From Octopus bimaculoides (taxonomy: Eukaryota): a stretch of 32,382 bases of DNA. The position numbers and the translations under genes were made by a program. The notes under the pieces are model-generated. The model had not been told where the DNA came from, ran no database searches, and saw only the letters and a program-made list of their open reading frames with translations. The DNA lies in the NCBI RefSeq assembly GCF_001194135.2, contig NC_068997.1:3106931-3139312 (forward strand), in the 5' to 3' direction. Below, in pieces: positions 22,150 through 32,382 of this stretch; position 1 is the stretch's first letter, and each line of letters starts with the position of its first letter.

Positions 22150-23801
22150 AGATTGGACACAGTAATACATGTATTAGAGGATTTACGATGGAGTATGGCA
22201 TGAAGATTTCTCAAAGTAAATCGAAGTGCAATGAGCAAGCACAGTTATGCAAAGCATCAAACACTGCTGAAGTGCCTGATTCTGGGCATGTTAGAGTTGC
22301 CTATCAGTCGATTGAGAACCAGCGCCAGGAGGCAAGCGACAGTGCTGAGAGCCTCTCTGCTCAACATGCTCAAGTAGAGTGGATGAATCTGAAAGCTCCT
22401 AGATCTTCGAGAAGAAGCTGCGGCTGAATGTGTTACCAGCGACAGATGTTAGACAGCTCAGTTGGATGGAGACCTAGACATCACCCGGGACAATATTTCG
22501 AAAAGTGACGCAGCCAGGAAAATAAAAATCATTGTAAGTTGTACACCAGACATGACAACATGCTTTTGGTATCACTGAAGTAAAAACTAACATGGAGTGA
22601 GATCCTTGTATGAGGAAGAGCCAGATCGGAGAATTGAGGTACGACCCGAGACAGCTGAAGAGAAGGTGGAAAGATGCAGATGATGAAGGAAAAATAGCTT
22701 TTAATCAGTTTAACTTAGAATTAGGAGAGACCTGCCCGAAATTGGCTGGAACGAAATCCCCGGAAACAGCGGAACGAATGAGTGAAAAAGGCGAATGCTA
22801 GAAAGTCCACTTTTAAAATCACTTTGTTCACAGCTGACCTTCACGGCAGGCTTAAAAACGGGAAGCTGTTTTTTTCCAAGGAAGAGGTGGAGGGAAATGT
22901 AGCAGCAGTGCCTTGTGACCCCAGGATCATTATTCCATCCCGAAATTGTCCCTACTTAATGGCAGGCTCAAATTTCACATCCCTCTCACTTTCGCGCAAT
23001 TCAGATTACTCCTTGTAAATGCTCGGTAGGTCCTATTCAAGAGCCACCTGTCACCACAAGATTTATAAAATCTGCCCCAGTGCTGCCAAGAAGGCTAACA
23101 AGACTTGTAAGTTTGAGCTAGAAGACGCACATTGCTTCTAACTAAGCGTGAGAAAGTTAGACATACCAACAAGATCATGAGGTGTGGCAGACTGTGAAAA
23201 TCCAAGGAAGATGTGAAAGAAGCAGAAACATAGTTGGAACATCAAGCGATTGTTAACGTGGTCTGTCAAGGATTGCTAGAAATATGGTAATTACAGCGTC
23301 AAGAAGTGGGAAAATACCAATGCTAAGTACGACACTGCAAGGAATTTGTAGTCCAAGATAGAAAAATTTAAAGGCAGTAGGGTTTGCCTACTATGGCTAA
23401 CGGAGCCAGTAATGCCAGATGCTCGAGAGTCTTCTGCTCTGGAGAGAACTCTGGAATACTGACGAGGAAAAAAATATTTCCCTTCTCCTTTGTGTTGTCG
23501 CCGACCTCTTGTCATTCCCAAATAACCATAAATATAGGGCAAAGCAGAAAACACACCTGCAAGTTGTATAGGACATCTTTTTGTACACTTGACAATATTT
23601 TGCCTGGGAGAAGGCCGAAACCAGAGCAATGGGACAAGGCTGAAACCAGTGAAAGCACAGCAAGGTGTCAGGGCTTAAGGCCAACGAACAACAGCCACCA
23701 CTACACTAGTTTATCGACTCCTAAGGGAGGGTGATAAGGCTCTTAAGACGACAGCAACATTAGGGGACCCACATCTTATTTTCCATCCTTCCTTAGACGG
23801 G
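22150..23801 (+). mobile_element. HERO-like RLE non-LTR retrotransposon relic with internal deletions
   Basis: Ordered fragments: CIRGFTMEYGMKISQSKSKC (N-terminal Zn-finger-like); QLDGDLDITRDNISKSDAARKI; IGELRYDPRQLKRRWKDADDEGKIAF; GKLFFSKEEVE; KIYKICP; KEAET*LEHQAIVNVVCQG; WRELWNTDE..ISLLL; TCKLYRTSFCTLDNIL (decayed CCHC). Many stops and frameshifts. Confidence 0.75.
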
Positions 23802-24774
23802 AAATTACAGTAAAGTTGAGGGGTAGACTTGTTCTCCTACAGGTGGTAGGGTAAAGATCGCTCTGATCAGAGTATTTCTGTTATCCAGGAGTGCAAAAAC
23901 AATCATCGTGGTAGAACCTACAATGCCAAAAAAAAAAAAAGACACACTTGATATTTTCAACCAGCTGAAGAAAGCAAAATAACAGACGTTGGTTGACATG
24001 AACACTTGTCAAGGGATGGCATGCTGCCTAATTCTCTATCGATTTAGGTTCTATTTAGTCGTTCAAGTTATTAGAAATCGCAACCAAATATCCCTACAAT
24101 CAAACATGATATTATCTTAAAAATGAAGAGCATATTACATAATATAGACATAGATTTACATTGTTGGTTGAATGAAGAAAGAATTGGAATACTTACATCA
24201 GCCCGAAGGGGGATGCTGGCGCTTTACTCTCTGCATTGCAACAATACACGCCCTCCGACGCAGGTTCGCAGGAGGATTGAAGTGAATGCTTGCAGAGAAC
24301 CAGTCTTAATCGTTTACGGTCGGAAAATCCAACGGTATCTAGTGTTCTTCAAATCTCCGGTGTTCCACCTGGATCGAAGGAAACGTGCTTGCCACACACT
24401 GCCGATGCAGCAACAATTACATCCAAAATACTAATTACCTGACCCAGCATGTGCCTGTGTCTACGGGGGAGGGGAGCACATCCATCTCAGGTCACATTAT
24501 GTTCCTTAATATCACGATCAATTTATTTTATGATATAGTATTAGAAACCCTTCAACTGAATAAAAAAAAAACAGGATGGTGGTCAAAGTTTGAAAATTTG
24601 TGATCATTAATTCATTATATGAGGGATGATTAGACGTAAGCAACAACAAAAACAACATTATTAGCTGGCGTAAAAGGAGCCTCCGTATGGCAGGTTGACT
24701 TGCTAGAAATATCAGTTAAATCTTCCTCATATCACAAACTATGGATTTGATAAAGTAAACGAAGTATTATGTGA

Positions 24775-25108
<334 letters not shown>

Positions 25109-25209
25109 GTGTGTGTGTCTTTCATTTTTTGTCTTTTACTTGTTTCAGTCACAGAACTGCGGCCATGATGTGGCACCGCCTAGTAACATTTTTTTAAAAA
25201 AGCACCGGA

Positions 25210-25273
25210 TGCCAAAACCCAGGATTGAACTAGAGATATTTAGATCTTCAATCTATCGCTATCCTACCTGAGC
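25210..25273 (-). pseudogene. Degenerate tRNA-Phe(GAA) pseudogene / tRNA-derived repeat
   Basis: Reverse complement gctcaggtaggatagcgatagattgaagatctaaatatctctagttcaatcctgggttttggca aligns with eukaryotic tRNA-Phe (GCTCAGTTGGGAGAGCGTTAGACTGAAGATCTAAAGGTCCCTGGTTCGATCCCGGGTTTCGGCA). Anticodon at 25247-25249. The 5' acceptor strand is lost. Confidence 0.85.
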
Positions 25274-25820
25274 GAAAAAAAAAAGAATAATAAATGGGAT
25301 AGCCATGTTTGGAACCTCAGCCAAAGCTAAAAAAACAACTCCATTGTGTATTGCTCTCAGAAAAGTCAAGTTTAATTTGTTTTTTTCCGTATCAGCGCTG
25401 TTATTTAGGCAACAAATACTTCTCTTTGTCACCATTATAGGAAAGCTTCAACTGAGAAATCTTATGTTTTAAGAGGCAAATATATTTATATTTTATTTTA
25501 ATATATATCTTATATTCATATTTAATACTGAAACTTTAGCTTTTTCTTGTTTGTTTCTGCTACATAAAACTAAAAAATATTCTGAACTGAGTTGAGATGA
25601 CACACAAGTTGTGAATAAGAAAAACAGTGTCAGATATTTGGTAGCTTGACTTTAAATAAGATAGATTGCCGTTAACCAACCAACATAAAAATGCAAATCG
25701 ATTCTAGTGAAATATCACAATTCTATTATGTTTTTTAGCCTGATATAATGTAATACTATACAAATCAACATACGTACTTTGCATGAATGTATATATGTAT
25801 GAATATATGCATATATGCTT

Positions 25821-25863
<43 letters not shown>

Positions 25864-26401
25864 NNNNNNNNNNNNNNNNNNNNNNNNNNNNNNNNNNNNN
25901 NNNNNNNNNNNNNNNNNNNNNNNNNNNNNNNNNNNNNNNNNNNNNNNNNNNNNNNNNNNNNNNNNNNNNNNNNNNNNNNNNNNNNNNNNNNNNNNNNNNN
26001 NNNNNNNNNNNNNNNNNNNNNNNNNNNNNNNNNNNNNNNNNNNNNNNNNNNNNNNNNNNNNNNNNNNNNNNNNNNNNNNNNNNNNNNNNNNNNNNNNNNN
26101 NNNNNNNNNNNNNNNNNNNNNNNNNNNNNNNNNNNNNNNNNNNNNNNNNNNNNNNNNNNNNNNNNNNNNNNNNNNNNNNNNNNNNNNNNNNNNNNNNNNN
26201 NNNNNNNNNNNNNNNNNNNNNNNNNNNNNNNNNNNNNNNNNNNNNNNNNNNNNNNNNNNNNNNNNNNNNNNNNNNNNNNNNNNNNNNNNNNNNNNNNNNN
26301 NNNNNNNNNNNNNNNNNNNNNNNNNNNNNNNNNNNNNNNNNNNNNNNNNNNNNNNNNNNNNNNNNNNNNNNNNNNNNNNNNNNNNNNNNNNNNNNNNNNN
26401 N
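25864..26401. other. Assembly gap (N)
   Basis: Run of N after (TA)n. Confidence 1.
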
Positions 26402-26744
26402 GTCAAACACGTCATAACATGCACAGCTTTAAAGAAAAAAAAAAACGATAACTCAACTTTTGTAATGGGAATGTGCTGACTGCTGTCATTTTGCAATGTG
26501 ATAAACTCCGCTCTCTCTCTTCATATACACACACACACATATGTATATATATATATATATATATATATGCATGCACATACACAACACGTATGCATGCGTA
26601 TATATTTACGTCATAACAATTTAGAAACTTCGAGAGACGTCAAATAATATGTTTTTAGTGGTGGAACTCGAAGATACGTACGGTTATATACAGTCATTTT
26701 TTTTTATTTCAGCACAAGGTCAAAAATGTTGAGATATAGAGTGT

Positions 26745-26900
26745 CGAGTCCATTACATCGGCTTCAGGGCAAAATTGGGCTAATTTTTCGATCCCGAAAT
26801 TATGACAGGTAAGATCGACCTCGGTAGTATTTGAACCCAGAACGATCAAACCGATAAGTATTTTGTCCGGCTGCTAAGGGTTCAGCCATTTCACTGTCTG
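26745..26900 (-). mobile_element. Degenerate SINE (family A)
   Basis: cattacatcg..aagatcgacctcggtagtatttgaacccagaacg..taagtattttgtccggctgctaa matches the 7181 copy. Confidence 0.7.
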
Positions 26901-26971
26901 AGCTAAAGTTACAAGTTATAGTGTGTAAATTCTGGTTTTATAGTCCTTTTGGATTCCCTGTATGCATATCA

Positions 26972-27310
26972 TTATTACCTCCACCTTAGCGGAGGTTGTC
27001 TATGGAAAAGAATCTCAAGAATCACTGGATGGATTCGAATGAAACTTTCAGAGATGTTTGGCGTCGTGACTGACACGAACTGATTAGATTCTGGGATCGA
27101 TCTGGTACCGGACAAAGATTCTCTATTAGTTTTCCTGTTTTTTTTTACTTAATTTTTGAGAATGGTCGGATTCATTTTTAGTATTCTCGTTTGTTAGAGC
27201 AGTCGAATTTATTTCAGATATCTTCATTTTAAAAATCATCTCTGGATAATCGTTGGGAGGATGTTGGTGTTGCCTTGACGGAGGTTTGCGCTCCCTGAAT
27301 GCTCTTGTTT
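26972..27310 (+). mobile_element. Helentron-associated non-autonomous element (HINE/DINE-1-like)
   Basis: 5' ttattacctccaccttagcggaggt (subTIR plus short internal IR) and 3' ccttgacggaggt followed by the stem-loop-like gcgctccctgaatgc and T-rich end. Confidence 0.65.
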
Positions 27311-27945
27311 AGATTTATTTTTAGATTTCATGGCGATAAAGAACTGTTTTGCAACGTAGATACAAGTCTCTTTCATTTGTGGTATTCTTGCGTGTCAGTG
27401 TGCGTGAGTAAAATATCTGGAGTCAATATATCTGTGCATTTGAATGGTTTTCGTTATGTATGTATTCTCATACTCACAGCTCCAGATTCTAGGCATGTTA
27501 TTATGTACTTATATGCTGAACTTTTGAAAAGTTATACATATGCTGACAATTCCCTTGGTAGTTTGTATGCTTGGTAGCTTGTATCTAACCTTCTAAGTAG
27601 CTTTCTCCTCTCTGATTTTGAGAACCTTAGCTTCTCAAGATTGATGCTGATGCAGTTCATTACAGTGCTCCGAGTGTTACAATAAATTTAAACTTGTAAC
27701 CCGGGTAGAACACCCTTAATGTATATAGATTCTCTTCTCCACTCAAAATCCCAATGTCTGGTTTATTTTGCTTGCATTTTATTGAAGTTTACACAGGAAC
27801 ATTCCACCACTATGTTTTACGTATTATGTGTGGTTATGACCTCTACCACACTGCGGGTTCTTCTCTCACAGGTGTCAAGATCATCCTTCCGACGGATTCC
27901 ATTGTACTGTGTCTTACCTACATCATGTCTCATCGGTAGATGCTT
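27311..27945 (-). mobile_element. Older copy of the R4/NeSL-like RLE element (3' part)
   Basis: Reverse complement: LPMRHDVGKTQYNGIRRKD..TTHN / WWNVPV*TSIKCKQNKPDIGI ..LEKLRFSKSERRKLLRRL, then 3' UTR ending gaaatctaaaaataaatct. Homologous to 8377-9077. Confidence 0.85.
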
Positions 27946-28144
27946 GTTTGTGTATACATATGTACGAAAGCATGTGTGAATGTATGTTTAATGTTATGTA
28001 AGAGTTCGAGAAATATGATTTATGTAGTGTAAGTATTTTATGATAACGAACTCAATACACTAGTCTTTGTATCGATAGTTGACAGTTTGCTTCGTATCTG
28101 CTTTTCCTTTGGCTATTTACCATAGACTAAAGTGTCAGCGTTAG

Positions 28145-28159
28145 AGATAGATAGATAGG

Positions 28160-28203
<44 letters not shown>

Positions 28204-28306
28204 AAACTGTACAAATGACAGGAAAGAACACACAAAGCGCCTTCTATAGTGTGTGTGTGTGTAAGTGTGTGTATGTGTAGTATGTGCATGTGTTTGTGTG
28301 CGTGTC

Positions 28307-28346
<40 letters not shown>

Positions 28347-28355
28347 TGTGTGTGT
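28145..28355. repeat. (GATA)n and (GT)n microsatellites
   Basis: Direct reading. Confidence 0.95.
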
Positions 28356-28689
28356 TACAGCATATATATTTTTTTATTTAGCCCTAGGTTAGCACTCGTT
28401 CATCGAAGTTATGAAATGCGGCCTTCTATGTTGAAGCCAATATGTTATATTTGAGTTTTTATCTTGACATCTGTTTCTACCATTTAATCATTCCTTCTGA
28501 TTGTGATTTATAGAAATTCTGTCACCAATTCTTGGCATTTAATGGTTTCTCATCCTTTCAAAGGGTTCGTTTGTACTGGTGAGTCTTTCAGAAACCTCTC
28601 TGAACAACATTATATTAATTGTAAGTATATGCGCTAATAATTATAGCCTAATACACTCTCATAGCATATGATACCTACATAAAATGGAA

Positions 28690-28850
28690 GGATACTGTGG
28701 TTAGTGTTGTTGAGATTGAAAATAATTCAGATAATCTAAATTGGAGGGTTTTTGATCATAAGTCTTCTCGATCAGAGCTTTCTTGAGGCAAAACAAGAAA
28801 AGCAACTTCACCAATTATATCAATATCAGAAGCTGCAAGAACAATAACAA
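28690..28850 (+). mobile_element. Retroposon 3' tail (family with tgatcat..ctcgatcag..(AAC)n end)
   Basis: ggagggtttttgatcataagtcttctcgatcagagct..aaaacaagaaaagcaac; similar tails at 31310 and 31560. Confidence 0.5.
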
Positions 28851-28919
28851 AAGAAACTACTTGTATCTATTTCATTCCTCAGTCTATCTTTTTCTGTATC
28901 TCCAGACCTCCTACCTACC

Positions 28920-29181
28920 TATACACACACACAAACACACACGCACGCCCCCCCACATATATATATGTATGTATAGACATAAATGCGGGCGTATGTATGT
29001 CTAATGTGTATGTATGTTTGTGTGTGTGTTTGTGTGTGTGTATGTACGTGTGCGTGTGTGTGTGTGTGTCCATGCGTTGTTTTGAGTTTGATATTCCACA
29101 ATGTCTAAATGCTAATGAACTATTCTCGAAGTGATACCAGTACTAATCCCATGCGCGCGCACACACACACACATATGTATG

Positions 29182-29219
<38 letters not shown>

Positions 29220-29450
29220 CATATTTATATATATGTGTGTATATATGTATATATGTATGTATATCTATATGTAGGTATATACATATATATATGAGTGTAT
29301 GTATATATGATATGTATGTATATATATATATATACATTTAAATACGTATGTATACGTATGTATGAATATACAAATATATATATATACGTATATACTCGTA
29401 TACATATGCATATACATATAAATATGTATATACACGCATACATGCACACT
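28920..29450. repeat. (CA)/(TG)/(TA) compound microsatellite
   Basis: Direct reading. Confidence 0.95.
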
Positions 29451-29699
29451 TAGAAAGATTCTTTGAAGTACTGAGAGAAAAGGTCCACTTGAAATGAAGG
29501 GGAATTATTGAAGTTAATCCCAAGCTAAATGTCATCAATATTTTACTGAAATCCTTATTAAGTGGAGCGGAATTCTGATGTCTTTCATCTCTCAACGTTC
29601 TATCAATTACCTTCCGTTTACCAATTTTCTCCTGTACGGGTCTCCAAGTAGAAGGATGCAGTGTATTTCAGTTGTGGTTCTTGATGTTACTATCGCTTC

Positions 29700-29900
29700 T
29701 GTTACTTTTGAAAATGTTGTTTCTGTTGTTCTTTACTTCAAGTTGGTCCACCCTCCCTAATCAATCGCATTTTTCTGATCAAACCATCATATCTCCAAAA
29801 GTGATGACCCCCATAATTACACGATTCAACATGCCCTTTTTAAAAGGTTGCAGAGCGATTTTCAAGGAGATTTGGCTGTTATTTCTAATATGACGATCTC
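29700..29900 (-). mobile_element. Degenerate copy of the same retroposon tail family
   Basis: Reverse complement tagaaataacagccaaatctcc..tttgatcag..aagaacaacagaaacaac; compare gctggaaatagcagcca at 31438. Confidence 0.45.
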
Positions 29901-30199
29901 TCACGTTGGTTCGAGTCAACTTCGCGTTGCAGATATTTGCGGCTGATTTAATTAACATTAATTAACCTGTAAGATAGATTTAATTCACTGAATAATTGTG
30001 ATTCAGTGCCTAAACGAGAACCACCTCAAGAAAGTCCTGGAAGGTATTGGTTGCTTCCTCCTCTTTGAAAATTAAATTCATTTTCCCTGCATGGAAAGAT
30101 TTCAGGGACCGAATTAATGAATTAAGTGAGAGTTAATTACGGTGATTATTTTTTTTTTAAATGTAGTGGGTCACGTTAGAAAGGGAAACTATAGCAGGA

Positions 30200-30925
30200 T
30201 CTACCAGTTTTAGCAAAGACATACAAGAAATTAGAGACAGAGAATCAAATTATTAGAAATGATAAACAGAAAGGGCATTGATACTCTGCGCTTTCGATGT
30301 GCCTGTGTTGGGCGAGAATAACTCTTGACGACTTCTTCGCTACCATGCTCGAAGAACGCGCTGTTCGTGATAGAGTGGGTACGCTTATACACGAAGAGTC
30401 GATAGACGTTGGATGGTGGAAGGCGATCGTGATATGGCAACATGACCATCCGCATCGATATGTAGTATCCAATTCTAAGCAGATGTGTGTGTATTTCATC
30501 AATGGCATTTCACCGAATTATTCGCAGCTCTCGGCCGAAGACGCAAAGTGCTACGGAAAACCGATTTCATCAGATAGAGTAGTGAATACGTTGAGTAGCT
30601 GTGATGTGGACAAACCACCGTAGCTGTACGGTGTGACTTAGGAACATTACTGTTGTATTTCAAACTCTTTTTGCACTGTCTTACCAGCAGTCGGTTTCAA
30701 CTGATTGTGATTGTAAAATTGAAGCATCCGATGAGTGTTAAATATATGGAAATAGGACCCAAAGATGATGTTCATGTTAAGCAAATTTTAGTTCACAACC
30801 CTGCTGAACACAGGCCCGATGACTTTATAAAAGTAGTCGCCAAGACATTGTCGCGTATCGTCGGTAATTCAGTCGGAGGTACGCGAAACTTTACGATTCC
30901 GGGTATAATTGTTTATGACAATCTA
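30200..30925 (-). pseudogene. Decayed intronless class A (rhodopsin-like, peptide-receptor-like) GPCR pseudogene
   Basis: Across frameshifts: NYT sequon; TM1 YFYKVIGPVF..*NLLNM; TM2 PISIYLT/SSDA; TM3 FVHITAT..YSI**NRFSVALC (DRY-like); TM4 ITIAFHHP/VYRLFVY; TM5 MPFLFIISNNLIL. Order and spacing are roughly 7TM-like. Confidence 0.55.
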
Positions 30926-31119
30926 CACCTCACGTGATACACACCTGTTTTAAGTAGGTCCCTGATAAATTTAGATCGTTCCAAGCCACAGTAATTACTA
31001 CATTGATCGCCCTCTATACGATGGATACACCTATTAATATAGCAGGCAAAATCTACTAAGGTTTACAGCTTACTGTCAAAAAAAAGCGGATGGACGCAAG
31101 GAATATTTTAGTGTAAGAT

Positions 31120-31620
31120 AAACTGGTTGGAAAGATAAACCCTATTGTCTTGGCTGAAAAGATATTGATCAGGCTTGATATGGGACAAAACAATAACACA
31201 ATCTTATATCACCAGAAATGAGTCAGAATGTGATCATTCGTCAATTAGAAATAGCGATCAAAATTGCAAGCTGCCGTAAAAGAGAGAGACATTGGTAAAA
31301 TGAACCTGGAAAAGGATGGGTTTATCTTGGCTGGAGTGCTTGTGATCATATACCTTTTCGATCACAGTTAACCTGGGCCTAAACAACTCTACCCTAACAA
31401 GACAATAAGTGAGCCTCTCTTCTTTATAGTTGTACGTGCTGGAAATAGCAGCCAGATTATCTAAGTGCCGAACCTTCAGTTCTATGTAAGTAAATAATAC
31501 ATTTGGATAATGTCGTCCGAGGTATCTTAAAATAAGTGGTATCGGCTGGAATAGCTTAGATTAGAGCATAGGCCTGCTCGATTCTTGGTGACCCAGGAAT
31601 AAACAGCGATAACAGATAAA
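31120..31620 (+). mobile_element. Cluster of three degenerate retroposon tails (same family as 28690)
   Basis: ttggctgaaaag..tgatcaggcttgatatgggacaaaacaataac (~31150); ttggctggagtgcttgtgatcata..tcgatcacagttaacctgggcctaaacaac (~31330); ggctggaatag..cataggcctgctcgatt..gacccaggaataaacagc (~31545). Confidence 0.5.
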
Positions 31621-31959
31621 TGCAAGAACATTTTTGAATAAAATACGTGATTTATTTTGAGAGTGAAATAACAATTCATTATTTTGGCCTCGTCCTACAA
31701 TAGGGTTAGGAAATTTACAATTAAAACGAAATTCGATTGAAATTTAAAATGAGATTATTTAAATTTTCCTCTAGAAGTTGGTGTTATTCCAGAAATGGTG
31801 CATTTCTGTTTTATCAATTAATATTTTATTGATCTTCATTTACTTTTGGTCTATTGATTCCATTTATAATTCATGCTGCAATTTTTACAGTCTGCATGCG
31901 GGGCAGCTTGTGATCGTTAGGTCTTAAACACACGTGCAAGTGAGTGTATGTAGTTTAGT

Positions 31960-32351
31960 TGTGGCGGTGATGTTGGTGTGACTGGTGATAGTGTTGATGT
32001 TGGTGTTGGTGGTGCTGTTGTTGGCGTTAGAGTTCAAGTTGCTGGTGGTGGTGGTGGTGGTGGTGGGTTGTTGATACTATGTTGATGATGCTGGTGATAG
32101 TGTGTTGGTGTTGGTGATTGTGGGATGGTTGGAGTCGGTGTCGATTTTAGTTGCGATGATGGCTAGCCTATTTCTTGCCCGACGTTTCAATGCCAACACA
32201 GTCTCCGATCAACCCTCTTTGTAGACAATTACAACTTCCACACAAACATAATTGTCAGTATACATACACATGTGAGTGTGCACGCACAAACAAAATGACA
32301 CACAGATACACACACACATATATATGTATACACATATATAGATGTATATAA

Positions 32352-32382
<31 letters not shown>
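31960..32382. repeat. Degenerate (GGT)/(GTT) tract and terminal (CA)/(TA) microsatellite
   Basis: Direct reading. Confidence 0.9.

Noticed and set aside
28690-28830. Strong-looking minus-strand acceptor (ttcttttgttattgttcttgcag) with short frame ASDIDIIGEVAF..
   Set aside because: The pyrimidine tract is the degenerate (GTT)n tail of a retroposon, and the frame stops within the repeat.
30297-30937. Plus-strand 108-aa and 94-aa ORFs as novel or horizontally acquired genes
   Set aside because: Better explained as antisense shadows of the minus-strand GPCR relic.

Overview
AT-rich, microsatellite-dense animal (eukaryotic) genomic DNA from a gapped short-read assembly. It has five N-gaps, most flanked by (TA)n. 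The interspersed repeats resemble Octopus/cephalopod families (recalled from memory, not searched). No intact protein-coding gene, rRNA, functional tRNA, CRISPR array or prokaryotic-type system is supported, and most ORF-track entries are microsatellite or N-gap artefacts. Recognisable content: several tRNA-derived SINEs; two copies of a hAT MITE; a Helentron-type HINE; a mariner end; four 3' remnants of one RLE-endonuclease (R4/NeSL-like) non-LTR retrotransposon family, three of them head-to-tail inside (TACA)n; an internally deleted HERO-like RLE element; a degenerate tRNA-Phe(GAA); a perfect 83-bp inverted repeat next to a gap; and a decayed intronless class A GPCR pseudogene on the minus strand. 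A few isolated exon-like segments cannot be assigned to a gene. I found no confidently novel biological system. The best leads are possible microsatellite-homing retrotransposition (8.2-9.5 kb, 21.9 kb), the GPCR relic (30.2-30.9 kb) and the inverted repeat (9.7-10.1 kb).
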